DNA from: an uncultured virus (IMG/VR IMGVR_UViG_3300030390_001438)
Taxonomy: Duplodnaviria > Heunggongvirae > Uroviricota > Caudoviricetes > Crassvirales
Virus record (IMG/VR): IMGVR_UViG_3300030390_001438
Strand: one strand, 5' to 3'
DNA: 20,000 nucleotides
Shown: one piece after another, positions 9,031 through 18,213 of the stretch
How positions within the stretch are numbered: position 1 is the stretch's first letter
Layout: every line of letters starts with the position of its first letter
Notes under the pieces: generated by a model
Databases searched by the model: none
Seen by the model: only the letters and a program-made list of their open reading frames with translations
Told to the model about the DNA's origin: nothing
Program-made: the position numbers and the translations under genes

Positions 9031-9254
9031 TAAAAGTTTATATTATATTCCAAAGAAATAGGCATAGTTATTTTAAATTCTTTCCAAAGTAAAACTTCAT
9101 CTTTGCTTTGAATCCATATTTTATATGAATTTGAAGATTTGTCGTGTTGAATTAAATGAATTGAATGTGATGCGCCTAAAACATCTTGGCCTACAATATA
9201 ATGCATTGCGCCAGATTTATAATCTGATCCTATGGAGATTTTTCTTATGTCCAA
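9030..9254 (-). CDS. Hypothetical phage protein (TTG start)
   Basis: 74 aa, MDIRKISIGSDYKSGAMHYIVGQ...; the stop overlaps the next ATG (TAATG at 9030), and the ORF fits the operon packing exactly. Confidence 0.75.
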   Translation of the reverse strand: MDIRKISIGSDYKSGAMHYIVGQDVLGASHSIHLIQHDKSSNSYKIWIQSKDEVLLWKEFKITMPISLEYNINF

Positions 9255-9263
9255 TTTATTAAA

Positions 9264-9794
9264 TTAAAATGAATTTCCTGCAGTCAAAACTCTATAATAA
9301 ACATTAACAAACATTTTTCCATCTCCTTGTGTAGGATTGGCTGATGTTTTTAAGTTTAAAGCTTGTCCTGGCGATAGGGTTATGGTGTTTCCACTTCCTA
9401 CCATAACTTTGCGAACACTATTAGCAGCACTGTTTAGTACTAATAAAGGTAAAGTTCCCATTACTACAGAGTTATAATCAAATGTTACGTTAGCTCCAAA
9501 ATCAAAAACTGTAGTTCCAGGAACAAAATTAATGGCAATAGATAAAATATCTATAACCTTGTTTGCTCCAGGAGATGCAATTAAAACTTTAGATGTAGTA
9601 GCTAAGTTTTGTAACTGTGCTGATGTAACCTCTACATGAGCAACCAACGTGTCTATTCCAAATAATGCTTGTAGCTGATTAATAGTACAAGTTTTAGTCA
9701 TTAATTGATTTACTTTATCAGTTAAAATTAAGTAATCATCTCCAACTAAATTAAGTATTTCGGGATATGCCGTTGTGTTACTTATTCTTGCCAT
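9264..9794 (-). CDS. Putative virion structural/decoration protein
   Basis: 176 aa, beta-rich C-terminal region. The N-terminus MARISNTTAYP...DDYLILTD...TK parallels the N-terminus of the 241-aa protein at 18214-18939. Confidence 0.6.
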   Translation of the reverse strand: MARISNTTAYPEILNLVGDDYLILTDKVNQLMTKTCTINQLQALFGIDTLVAHVEVTSAQLQNLATTSKVLIASPGANKVIDILSIAINFVPGTTVFDFGANVTFDYNSVVMGTLPLLVLNSAANSVRKVMVGSGNTITLSPGQALNLKTSANPTQGDGKMFVNVYYRVLTAGNSF

Positions 9795-10052
9795 TTATTC
9801 TTTTTTATCTTCTGGTTGAGTAACTTCTCCTGTTTGTAAATTTATAGTAGCGTTCTCACCATATTTTTCTGCAAGTACTTTTTCTTGCTTTTTAAAATCT
9901 TTTTGAACTTCACTTAATTCTGCAACTAATTGTTGTTGTTGAATTACAGCATCTGCAATTGCAACTTTAGTTTGCATAAACTTTTGATTTAACTCTTGAA
10001 TGACTACTAATTCGTCTGCATTCAATTTTACTAATTCTTCTTTTTTACTCAT
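9795..10052 (-). CDS. Small coiled-coil protein, possible fibre assembly chaperone
   Basis: 85 aa, long amphipathic helix ending in LAEKYGENATINLQTGEV. First gene after the promoter at 10085-10092. Confidence 0.65.
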   Translation of the reverse strand: MSKKEELVKLNADELVVIQELNQKFMQTKVAIADAVIQQQQLVAELSEVQKDFKKQEKVLAEKYGENATINLQTGEVTQPEDKKE

Positions 10053-10084
10053 GACATTTAATTTAATTTGTTATTATATTTATA

Positions 10085-10092
10085 CAAAGATA
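10085..10092 (-). promoter_or_regulatory. Bacteroidota-type -7 promoter element (TATCTTTG)
   Basis: The minus strand reads AATTTAGTATCTTTGTATAAAT in the 56-bp intergenic gap 10053-10108 and matches TAnnTTTG. It is followed by an AT-rich, SD-less leader (AAATTAAATTAAATGTCATG). Confidence 0.7.
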
Positions 10093-10108
10093 CTAAATTT
10101 ATTTTTGG

Positions 10109-10441
10109 CTATATGGAATCTTCCCACGTAAAAAACAACTCTTCATTTACTGGATTTTGTTGACTTGATATTTCTGCAGAAATAGTTGCTTTCATTTCAT
10201 CTACATCTAAAGATCCTTCTAACCAACCTATAACAACGTCTTCAAACTCTTTCGTATTTTCATACGGAACAAAAGGATCACCAGCTTTATAAGTGAAGTC
10301 TTCTTCTCCATTTTCAGCACTCATATAAGTGTTTTCTTCTCCTACATAAGTCCACTGTACTTTGTGTATTACATTGCTTTCGCCCTCTGATTCAACATAA
10401 GCATCCATTTGTGAGATATCCCATTTATAATTAATTGCCAT
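10109..10441 (-). CDS. Acidic fibre-associated protein
   Basis: 110 aa, MAINYKWDISQMD...NVIHKVQW...FVPYEN...VIGWL. Starts 4 bp after the S74 fibre stop. Resembles small proteins commonly encoded after S74-bearing fibres in aquatic phages. Confidence 0.65.
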   Translation of the reverse strand: MAINYKWDISQMDAYVESEGESNVIHKVQWTYVGEENTYMSAENGEEDFTYKAGDPFVPYENTKEFEDVVIGWLEGSLDVDEMKATISAEISSQQNPVNEELFFTWEDSI

Positions 10442-10445
10442 AATT

Positions 10446-13400
10446 TTATTTTTCTAATTGATCTATTCTTGATTTTAAATCTTCTATCATTGCTTGTTGT
10501 TCCTTTACTGCATTTATTAGTACAGCAGTTAACTCTGAGTATGCTACTGACTTAAGTCCATCATCTTCGTTTTCTAAAATAAGTTCTGGTAAAACTGCTT
10601 CTACCTCTTGTGCTATAACACCAACTTTAGTAACCTCTGTATTGAAATCAGTTCTATTATAATAAACGCCTCGCATTGCTTGAACCTTACTAATACAGTC
10701 ATCTATTTCTACTACATTTTCTTTAATTCTTATATCAGAATTTTGTGTCAACGTACCGTTAATAGTCATGTTAGCAGTTGAAGGGAAGAATCTATATCTA
10801 ATAGAACCTCCATCTCTCCAAAATACATTACCACAATTCATGTCAAAATAAGTGTCAATGTTATTTGTATGAAACCTAAAGTGATTAGCTGTTGCGTTAT
10901 TTCCTAAATAGAAATCACCTACTCCAGAACTTGTTTTTACTAACGATGTTCCGTTTACATGAAATTTTGCTTGTGGTGTTACACCAATACCACAATCTTG
11001 ATTAATGATTGTAGCAAAATTACTTACAGTTATTCTGGAAGTTCCACCTGTAGCAAATTGCATATTATCACTACCACCTCTAAACATACCAGTGTTTGTA
11101 TCACTTGTAAAAGATATAGATGGTTGAGAAGCACTTCCACTTGTATATCGACCACGACCTGCTACAATATTTCCTACCGCTTCAAGGTTTCCTTGTGATC
11201 TAATGTTTGTAGATACGTTTAATTCAGATCCATTAGCATCGAGTCTTACATCAAAATCAGATGTACCTGAGTTGTCCTTGTGAAAATCTATGTATCTACC
11301 TATTTCAGTTACAGCACCAACAATCGCTACTCCACCATTATGCCACGATCCACTTACTGGTTTTAATAGGCTAATAGTACCTGTACTTGTGATTGTTCCA
11401 CCTAATACAGGTGATGATGTAGCAATTGACGTAACTCCCGAAGAAGTTTTAAATCCTGCATCGTTATCCATGATACTTAAAGGTAGGTCTACAAATTGTC
11501 CTTTTTTACTGTCACCACCTCCAGAAGAATCAGCTCCATACATGTAATAATCGTCACCATCAGGAGAGCTTCCGTTAGGAGCTGCCATAACTATTGAATC
11601 ACCACCTGTGTAATCCACATTCAATGTAACACTTCCACTTGAACCACCACCAGTTAATCCACTACCAGCATTTACTGCCGTAATATCTCCTACATTAGTT
11701 GTAAAACCTCTGCCATTAGTAAGTTGATTGTTGTTAGTAATAGTACAGTTTAAAGTAACAGAACCAGAAGTACCACCACCTGACATCCCTGTCCCTGCAG
11801 TAACTGCTGTTATATCACCTGCATTAGTTGTATATCCTGAATTATTAGTCCATTGAGATATATTACCACCTTTGTTTGTAAATGTCTGAGAATTTGAGGC
11901 TGTCGTTGTACCTGTGTTAGTTGTAAAACCTCTACCGTTAGTTAATTGAGTATTATTTGAAAGAGTACAATTTAATGTAACTGCTCCACTTGTACCTCCT
12001 CCAGACATATTTGTACCAGCAGCAACACTGGTTATATCACCTGAGTTATTTGAAAAAGGTAAGTTGCTTATTACAGATTTATATACATTACCAGTAGATG
12101 CGCTACTTACCATTAGTCTATCCGAACCAGATAATGTACCTGTAGCTTCAGTAGGTGATTGCAATATTATATTATCACTACCTAAGTAATCTACACTTAC
12201 TGTTGGCGTTCCACTCGATCCACCACCAGTTAATCCACTACCTGCAGTTATACCGTCTATATCTCCAGTTCCACCTGTTGATACAGCAGTAACTCTACCA
12301 TATGCATCTACAGAAATTGTATCAATTTTAGTTGAATTACTTGAAGAACCATAAGTACCCGATCCTATTCCACCAGTTGCCATATTAAGTGTAACTGCTC
12401 CACTTGAACCACCTCCAGTTAAATTTGTTCCTGCGCTAACACTGGTTATATCACCTACATTAGTTGTATATCCTGCGCCATTTGTAATAGCATTGTTATT
12501 TAATGATATATTAGCAGTACCGTTAAATGATACACCAGCTATAGTTCTTGCTGTCTTTAGTTGTTCTGCATTTCTTGAAAGATCTACTCTAACTCCATAA
12601 GTTAGAGATCCATTCCAACCCATTAATGTAGGGTAAGTTCCTGTCCAAGGAACTGATGGGTTAGTATTACTTACAGAAGTTCCTTGCGGAGAGGTGCCAT
12701 TAGAAGCATCAAATATAGTATGGTTATTTCCATAATGTTTCCACATCATCTGACCAATAACAGAAGTATCTGTAACACCTTTGTAATTAGTTCTGCCTGT
12801 TGAAAATTTAGTTGCCGTAGCTGCATTACCACTTATACTACTCCCTGAAGTTATATAACCTGAATTATTTGACCATTGGCTTATATTACCTGACTTATTT
12901 GTAAATGTCTGTGAGTTAGAAGCAGTTGTAGTACCAGTGTTAGTAGTAAAACCTCTTCCATTTGTTAATTGATTGTTATTAGTAATAGTACAATTTAAAG
13001 TAACTGTTCCACTCGTTCCACCACCTGACATCCCTGTCCCTGCAGTAACACCAGTTATATCTCCAACGTTAGATGTAAATCCTGCGTCATTACTAAATAT
13101 ACTTAAACCTATTTCACCCGCACGTTTTCTTCTTTCAGCACTACTATCTAATACTATGAACTCGTCATTAGTATTCATACCTGCTGTCATATCTGTAAAT
13201 TCAGATAAATCTAAAGTTAAAGCAATTGTTTTGGCAGATGATTGATTAAGAGTAAAACTGGTTGCTCCATCTAAACCTGTCCCTGTGGTTATTGTTATCG
13301 TAGGATTATTAACAGTTGGTAATGATGCTGAAGTTATATATCCACTATTGTTATTCCACTGAGAAATGTTACCACTTTTATTAGTAAAGGTTTGAGTGTT

Positions 13401-15971
13401 TGATGGAGTAGTTGTACCTGTATTTGTAGTAAAACCTCTTCCGTTAGTTAACTGTGTGTTATTTGTTATTGTGTTGCTAATAGTAAGAGTACCTCCACTT
13501 GAAGTAGAAGTTAGTTCTGTCTGTATACCTGCACCTTGAGCAAAAGTTACTGTTTCACCATTTGTTACTGTACTTGTCTCTGTACCATTACCTTCTTTAA
13601 GCGTCCAAGAAGACATACTTCCTACAGCTGTATTATCTACTTTTGTCCATGTTGTGTTAGCAAATACAGCCCAATCACCTATTTGCCAATCTGTAATACC
13701 GTTTAAGTTTGTACTACCTGCAACCGCTACTATATAATAATCTCCTGACGTACCTACATTACTTGCTAATGTTGGTGTGTTTGTACTTGCGTTCCATGTA
13801 CCTTCAAATTGTAATACTCCAGTTAGAGCTGTATTAATAGCTGATTGTATTTGCGCTCCTGTTGCTAAGTTACCAGAAGATAAATTTACTGTGCCAGTTA
13901 TTGGTGTTACAGTTGTAGTTGTACCACTACTTATGGACATTGTAGATAAATTACCTGAGTTTACTTGATTAACTTGTCCTGTAGATCCTGTAGATACACC
14001 AGTTACTCTACCATATGCGTCTACTATAATACTATCTATTTTAGTGCTATCGGATGAAGAACCATAAGATCCAGCTCCTACACCACCAGTTGCCATGTTA
14101 ATAGTAATTGTTTCATTAATACCCTGATTAGTTGTAAAATTACCACCAGTAGTTAAATTTGTACCTGCAGCTATAGTTATAGTTGCGTTGTTTACTGTAG
14201 GTAAAGATGCTGACGTTATATAGCCAGAGTTATTAGTCCATTGAGATATATTACCACTTTTGTTTGTAAAGGTTTGTGTATTACTTGCAGTTGTTGTACC
14301 TGTGTTAGTTGTATATCCCGAATTATTTACAAATTGAGATATATTGTTACTTGCTAAACCTAATGTTACTGAACCAGATGTGCCTCCACCTGTTAATTTA
14401 TTTCCTGCGACTACCGCAGTGATATCACCTTGAGGTACACCTGCAACAGCATTATCTACATATGTTTTATTTGCTGCGTCAGTTCCAGAACTTACTGTAT
14501 CTACGCCGCGAATTCTTCCTGTGCCACCTAAAACCAATGCACCACCATTTATTAATAATGTTCCTGCAGTGTCTATAGACAATCTTTCATTAGGCTCGTC
14601 ATTTACAAAAAAGTCTAATGTCTCACTGCTTGAATCAAATTTAATTGCAGCTCTTTGGGAAGTACCTGCTTGTGTATCAGTAAAAACAATTCCTGCTTGA
14701 GTTTCTGCTGTATTAGCAATTATTAAATTTTTTGTGTCTCCTGATATTGTAACATTGTCACTAAAAGTTTTAGCACCACCTATTGATTGTGTGCCTGAAG
14801 TTCTAACAACTGTACTATCTACTAATAATCCTGTAGATGATTGTGATAATCCATCACCAGCTCCTACAGTTAAAGTACCTGTTGAGGTTATTGTTCCTCC
14901 AGATATTCCATTTCCAGTTGCAACAGATGTTACACCTTGGGCGTCACCATTAGCTGATATAGACGTAACGTGTCCTGTAGCATTTACTGTTACAGTAGCT
15001 CTTGCATATGAACCTGCAGTCACACCTGAATTAGCATGTGCAATTGTAACCGATCCACTTGATCCACCCCCAGTTATTGGAGATGTTGTAGAAACATTTG
15101 TTATATCACCTGCATTATTGGTAAAAGGTAAATTGCTTATTACAGATTTAAATACATTGCCAGTAGAATTACTACTTAACATTAATCTATCTGATGTAGA
15201 TAACGTTCCAGTAGCTTCAGTCGGTGCATCTAAAATAATGTTATCACTACCTAAGTAGTCTACGTTTATTGTAGGTGTTCCACTTGATCCTCCTCCTGAT
15301 AAACCTAAACCAGCAGTAATACCATCTATATCTCCTGTACCTCCTGTACTTATGGCGGTTATTCTACCATAAGCATCTACAGTTATATTATCTATTTTAA
15401 CAGAGTTTGCTGTTGAGCCATAACTTCCAGCTCCAATACCTCCTGTGGCCATATTTAACGTAACACTACCTGAAGTACCTCCTCCTGTCAAATTTGTACC
15501 AGCATTTACTGCTGTTATATCTCCAACATTAGTTGTAAATCCTGCGTCATTGTTAAATATACTTAACCCTATTTCGTTAGCTGCTTTTCTACGTTCTGCA
15601 CCAGAATCTAAAACTATAAATTCATCAGTTCCAATCATTGCAGCTGTCATATCTGTAAGTTCAGATAAATCTAACGTTATTGAAAATGATCCTGAAGTAG
15701 TAATAGTTCCACCCCCATCTAAACCTGTGCCTGTTGAAAGACCTACACTTGTTACAGTTCCTTGTGGATTACTAAATGAAGTGGTTAATGTTCCACCATC
15801 TTGTTGCGTAAGCGTAAGAGTTATCGTAGAACTACCAGAGTCACTAAAGCCTGTTATAGAATTAGCGTAGCCAGTATTCCACTGAGTCGAATTACCACCA
15901 GGAGCTGTTATAACTCCTGTTGTGCTTAATGTGCCGTCTATTGACTGGTCTCTTAAAAATCTAATTGCCAT
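10446..15971 (-). CDS. Long repetitive fibre protein with C-terminal peptidase S74 intramolecular chaperone
   Basis: 1841 aa, Gly/Thr/Ser/Asn-rich with many internal repeats. The C-terminal domain has SDIRIKEN (SDxRxK autocleavage site, Ser codon at 10737-10739), GVIAQEVEAVLPE, V.Y..L...LI.AVKE and a terminal coiled coil. Confidence 0.92.
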   Translation of the reverse strand: MAIRFLRDQSIDGTLSTTGVITAPGGNSTQWNTGYANSITGFSDSGSSTITLTLTQQDGGTLTTSFSNPQGTVTSVGLSTGTGLDGGGTITTSGSFSITLDLSELTDMTAAMIGTDEFIVLDSGAERRKAANEIGLSIFNNDAGFTTNVGDITAVNAGTNLTGGGTSGSVTLNMATGGIGAGSYGSTANSVKIDNITVDAYGRITAISTGGTGDIDGITAGLGLSGGGSSGTPTINVDYLGSDNIILDAPTEATGTLSTSDRLMLSSNSTGNVFKSVISNLPFTNNAGDITNVSTTSPITGGGSSGSVTIAHANSGVTAGSYARATVTVNATGHVTSISANGDAQGVTSVATGNGISGGTITSTGTLTVGAGDGLSQSSTGLLVDSTVVRTSGTQSIGGAKTFSDNVTISGDTKNLIIANTAETQAGIVFTDTQAGTSQRAAIKFDSSSETLDFFVNDEPNERLSIDTAGTLLINGGALVLGGTGRIRGVDTVSSGTDAANKTYVDNAVAGVPQGDITAVVAGNKLTGGGTSGSVTLGLASNNISQFVNNSGYTTNTGTTTASNTQTFTNKSGNISQWTNNSGYITSASLPTVNNATITIAAGTNLTTGGNFTTNQGINETITINMATGGVGAGSYGSSSDSTKIDSIIVDAYGRVTGVSTGSTGQVNQVNSGNLSTMSISSGTTTTVTPITGTVNLSSGNLATGAQIQSAINTALTGVLQFEGTWNASTNTPTLASNVGTSGDYYIVAVAGSTNLNGITDWQIGDWAVFANTTWTKVDNTAVGSMSSWTLKEGNGTETSTVTNGETVTFAQGAGIQTELTSTSSGGTLTISNTITNNTQLTNGRGFTTNTGTTTPSNTQTFTNKSGNISQWNNNSGYITSASLPTVNNPTITITTGTGLDGATSFTLNQSSAKTIALTLDLSEFTDMTAGMNTNDEFIVLDSSAERRKRAGEIGLSIFSNDAGFTSNVGDITGVTAGTGMSGGGTSGTVTLNCTITNNNQLTNGRGFTTNTGTTTASNSQTFTNKSGNISQWSNNSGYITSGSSISGNAATATKFSTGRTNYKGVTDTSVIGQMMWKHYGNNHTIFDASNGTSPQGTSVSNTNPSVPWTGTYPTLMGWNGSLTYGVRVDLSRNAEQLKTARTIAGVSFNGTANISLNNNAITNGAGYTTNVGDITSVSAGTNLTGGGSSGAVTLNMATGGIGSGTYGSSSNSTKIDTISVDAYGRVTAVSTGGTGDIDGITAGSGLTGGGSSGTPTVSVDYLGSDNIILQSPTEATGTLSGSDRLMVSSASTGNVYKSVISNLPFSNNSGDITSVAAGTNMSGGGTSGAVTLNCTLSNNTQLTNGRGFTTNTGTTTASNSQTFTNKGGNISQWTNNSGYTTNAGDITAVTAGTGMSGGGTSGSVTLNCTITNNNQLTNGRGFTTNVGDITAVNAGSGLTGGGSSGSVTLNVDYTGGDSIVMAAPNGSSPDGDDYYMYGADSSGGGDSKKGQFVDLPLSIMDNDAGFKTSSGVTSIATSSPVLGGTITSTGTISLLKPVSGSWHNGGVAIVGAVTEIGRYIDFHKDNSGTSDFDVRLDANGSELNVSTNIRSQGNLEAVGNIVAGRGRYTSGSASQPSISFTSDTNTGMFRGGSDNMQFATGGTSRITVSNFATIINQDCGIGVTPQAKFHVNGTSLVKTSSGVGDFYLGNNATANHFRFHTNNIDTYFDMNCGNVFWRDGGSIRYRFFPSTANMTINGTLTQNSDIRIKENVVEIDDCISKVQAMRGVYYNRTDFNTEVTKVGVIAQEVEAVLPELILENEDDGLKSVAYSELTAVLINAVKEQQAMIEDLKSRIDQLEK
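11620..15690 (-). repeat. Intragenic modular repeats within the 1841-aa fibre
   Basis: The GDIT.V.AG..L/M.GGG.SG.VTLN-type unit occurs about 10 times. TTNTGTTT.SN.QTFTNK.GNISQW.NNSGY occurs 4 times (approx. 14215-14320, 13335-13440, 12850-12960, 11830-11935). LDLSE.TDMTA...DEFIVLDS.AERRK.A.EIGLSIF.NDAGF occurs twice (approx. 15520-15680, 13065-13220). A ~130-aa MATGG...VDAYGR...VDYLGSDNIIL...SNLPF block occurs twice (approx. 15100-15460, 12040-12385), with a partial third copy (approx. 13985-14100). Confidence 0.9.
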
Positions 15972-15991
15972 AAGCTATTTAATTAAAATTA

Positions 15992-18199
15992 TTAAACAGT
16001 CTTACTAATCAATACTCTTACGTCATTAGTTGCTATAGGACTGTTTGTTGTTATTGTTATTTGTGATGTGCTATTTCTTACAACTTGAGCATATACTGTA
16101 TCATATGTACTGTTATCATATAATTGAACTACTACATCTCTTGTTCCTAAATTATGTGTTACAACATAAGTTGTAGCAGATGCGTTACCAATGTTAGTAG
16201 CAAACGTTAAATCTGAAGCTACACATGTTTCAACGGCTGCACAAAAATCTGTTACTTGAGATGCTACTATTGCAATGTTTTGCTCTGAAGCTGCTGTTGC
16301 AACACCAGTTTTATTAAAAGTAATTGACGCAGTTTTACCAGCCGTTCCAACCGCTCCTGCTACTCCTCGATCTACAAGTTGTACAAAACCATTTGAAGTT
16401 GCAGTAAACGATCCATTATCAAATCCAGCAACACCTTTTACAGTTGCTCCGTCAGAAGCTCCTGCAGCAGCGATACTTTGTCCAGATTGTACTACCGTAT
16501 AATCCGATGCACTTGGCGTTGAACTTGCTGCTATTGCATTATTTGCAAATATTAAATCTCCAACTTCTAAAATTACTCCTAAGAACGTTGTATTGTTTGA
16601 GTCTGTTACAGCAAAGTAATCACCTTGATCTAAAGCTACGTTACTTCCTCCAGTTAAAGCTGGACTATTTGTTATTGCGTTATATCCTCCTTGGAATATT
16701 CCAACACCAGCAGCTATTCCTTGTACCTGTGCTAAGTTAACACCATCTGTACCTGCAGTACCAGTTTTAACATTTAATAATTTATTGTTTCCAAAATCTA
16801 CATCTCCTTCGGCATCACCAAATTGTTGTAGATGAACATCTTGAAGTAATATTTTTTGTTCTGAATTTAAAGAAGTAACAAAAGGTAGGAAATCTCCTGC
16901 TCCCATTGCTGTTAATGTTCCTAATTCCTCTAAAGCTAAATTAACAGTAATAACTTGCGCTCCTGCAATACCTGTTGTAATACCAGTACCACCAGCAATA
17001 TCTACAACTTCACCATTTGTTACTGTTTGGTCTGTACCACTATCTGCACGTGCTGTCCAACTTGACATTGAACCAGTACCACCAGTATAAGCAACAGTTA
17101 CTGTACCACTACCATTATTAGTAGTAGACATGTTTGCACCTGCAGCAATAGTTATTGTGTCAAGATTAGTAATATTTGAGTCACTACCACTTGTAGCCGC
17201 TAAAGTTATTCTGTTAAACGGTAAAGAGTTTGTAATAGTTATAGTGTCAGTAGCTGAAGCCGCTGTCGTTATACCAGTTCCTTGTAAAAAAGAAGCAGTG
17301 TTGCCGTTTGTAATTGTTTGTGGAGTACCACTTGATCCTGCAAGAGTCCAAGAAGTCATTGTTCCTGATCCACCATTTGCAGCAGCCGTAATTCTACCTT
17401 GAGCATCAACCGTAATATCTGCTGAGGTATAAGCTCCTGCAGTAACTGCGGTATTATCTAAGTTTATTGTAACTGTATCAGTTGCACTTACTACTGAAGT
17501 TAATGCAGTACCACCAGCAATATCAACAGTGTTTCCACTTGCTACACCCTGTATTGTACCAGAGTCAGCGTTTAAATTCCAACCAGAATAATTATCAAAA
17601 GGTAAAAGACTAATAGTTGCATCCACAACATTAGAAGTACCATTATCACTTACCAGTATTTTATCTGAACCAGAAAGTGTTGAAGATGCCGAACTTGGTG
17701 CGGCTAAAACTACGTTATCTGCTCCTAAGTAATCAACTGCCATATCATCAGCGTTAGCTGTTAAACCAGCTCCACCTATAACATTTAAAGTAGGTATCGG
17801 GCCAGATAAATCTGTACCTGTCATACCGCTACCAGCTACTATTGCTGTTATATCCCCTTGAGGTATTGATGGAAATGTTGTTAAATTACCTGCACCATCA
17901 ATATATTGAGAAGCTGAACCAACAAGAGTTATAGCTAAAGTTCCTGATCCTGTAATAGGAGAACCAGCTACACTAAAAGCATTACCACCATGAGATTGAG
18001 CTACAGATGTAACAGAACCTCCACTTGTTCCAAAAGTTTGCCAGTTAGAACCATCGTAATATTTCATTACATTAGTATCTGTTCTGTATATCATTTGTCC
18101 TTCGCCTACTACTGAAGGATCTGCGGAAAGATTTTGAACTTTAAAATTCTGTAATTCTCCGTTCGTTAAGTCGATGTTTGATAAATATCTTATTGCCAT
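15992..18199 (-). CDS. Fibre protein (735 aa)
   Basis: Gly/Thr/Ala/Ser-rich. N-terminal EGQMIYRTDTNVMKYYDGSNW motif, typical of trimeric fibre necks. Shares several modules with the 1841-aa fibre and ends in a VVTHNL beta domain. Confidence 0.85.
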   Translation of the reverse strand: MAIRYLSNIDLTNGELQNFKVQNLSADPSVVGEGQMIYRTDTNVMKYYDGSNWQTFGTSGGSVTSVAQSHGGNAFSVAGSPITGSGTLAITLVGSASQYIDGAGNLTTFPSIPQGDITAIVAGSGMTGTDLSGPIPTLNVIGGAGLTANADDMAVDYLGADNVVLAAPSSASSTLSGSDKILVSDNGTSNVVDATISLLPFDNYSGWNLNADSGTIQGVASGNTVDIAGGTALTSVVSATDTVTINLDNTAVTAGAYTSADITVDAQGRITAAANGGSGTMTSWTLAGSSGTPQTITNGNTASFLQGTGITTAASATDTITITNSLPFNRITLAATSGSDSNITNLDTITIAAGANMSTTNNGSGTVTVAYTGGTGSMSSWTARADSGTDQTVTNGEVVDIAGGTGITTGIAGAQVITVNLALEELGTLTAMGAGDFLPFVTSLNSEQKILLQDVHLQQFGDAEGDVDFGNNKLLNVKTGTAGTDGVNLAQVQGIAAGVGIFQGGYNAITNSPALTGGSNVALDQGDYFAVTDSNNTTFLGVILEVGDLIFANNAIAASSTPSASDYTVVQSGQSIAAAGASDGATVKGVAGFDNGSFTATSNGFVQLVDRGVAGAVGTAGKTASITFNKTGVATAASEQNIAIVASQVTDFCAAVETCVASDLTFATNIGNASATTYVVTHNLGTRDVVVQLYDNSTYDTVYAQVVRNSTSQITITTNSPIATNDVRVLISKTV

Positions 18200-18213
18200 T
18201 TTATTATGTTTAC

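Noticed and set aside
11620..15690. Repeats as a CRISPR array or DGR template/variable repeat pair
   Set aside because: The repeats are in-frame, degenerate mainly at silent sites and irregularly spaced. There is no adenine-specific mismatch pattern evident and no reverse transcriptase or cas gene in the window.
10959..17402. Plus-strand ORFs opposite the fibre genes (10959, 11290, 12973, 13777, 14734, 15445, 16275, 16444, 17130)
   Set aside because: Antisense shadows of Gly/Thr/Ser-rich codons, giving Pro/Val-rich translations, and fully nested in convincing minus-strand genes.
1443..18213. Intrinsic terminators, tRNAs, introns or inteins
   Set aside because: The intergenic gaps are short and AT-only with no GC hairpins or cloverleafs seen. 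TerL, portal and MCP are uninterrupted and show no intein or homing endonuclease motifs.
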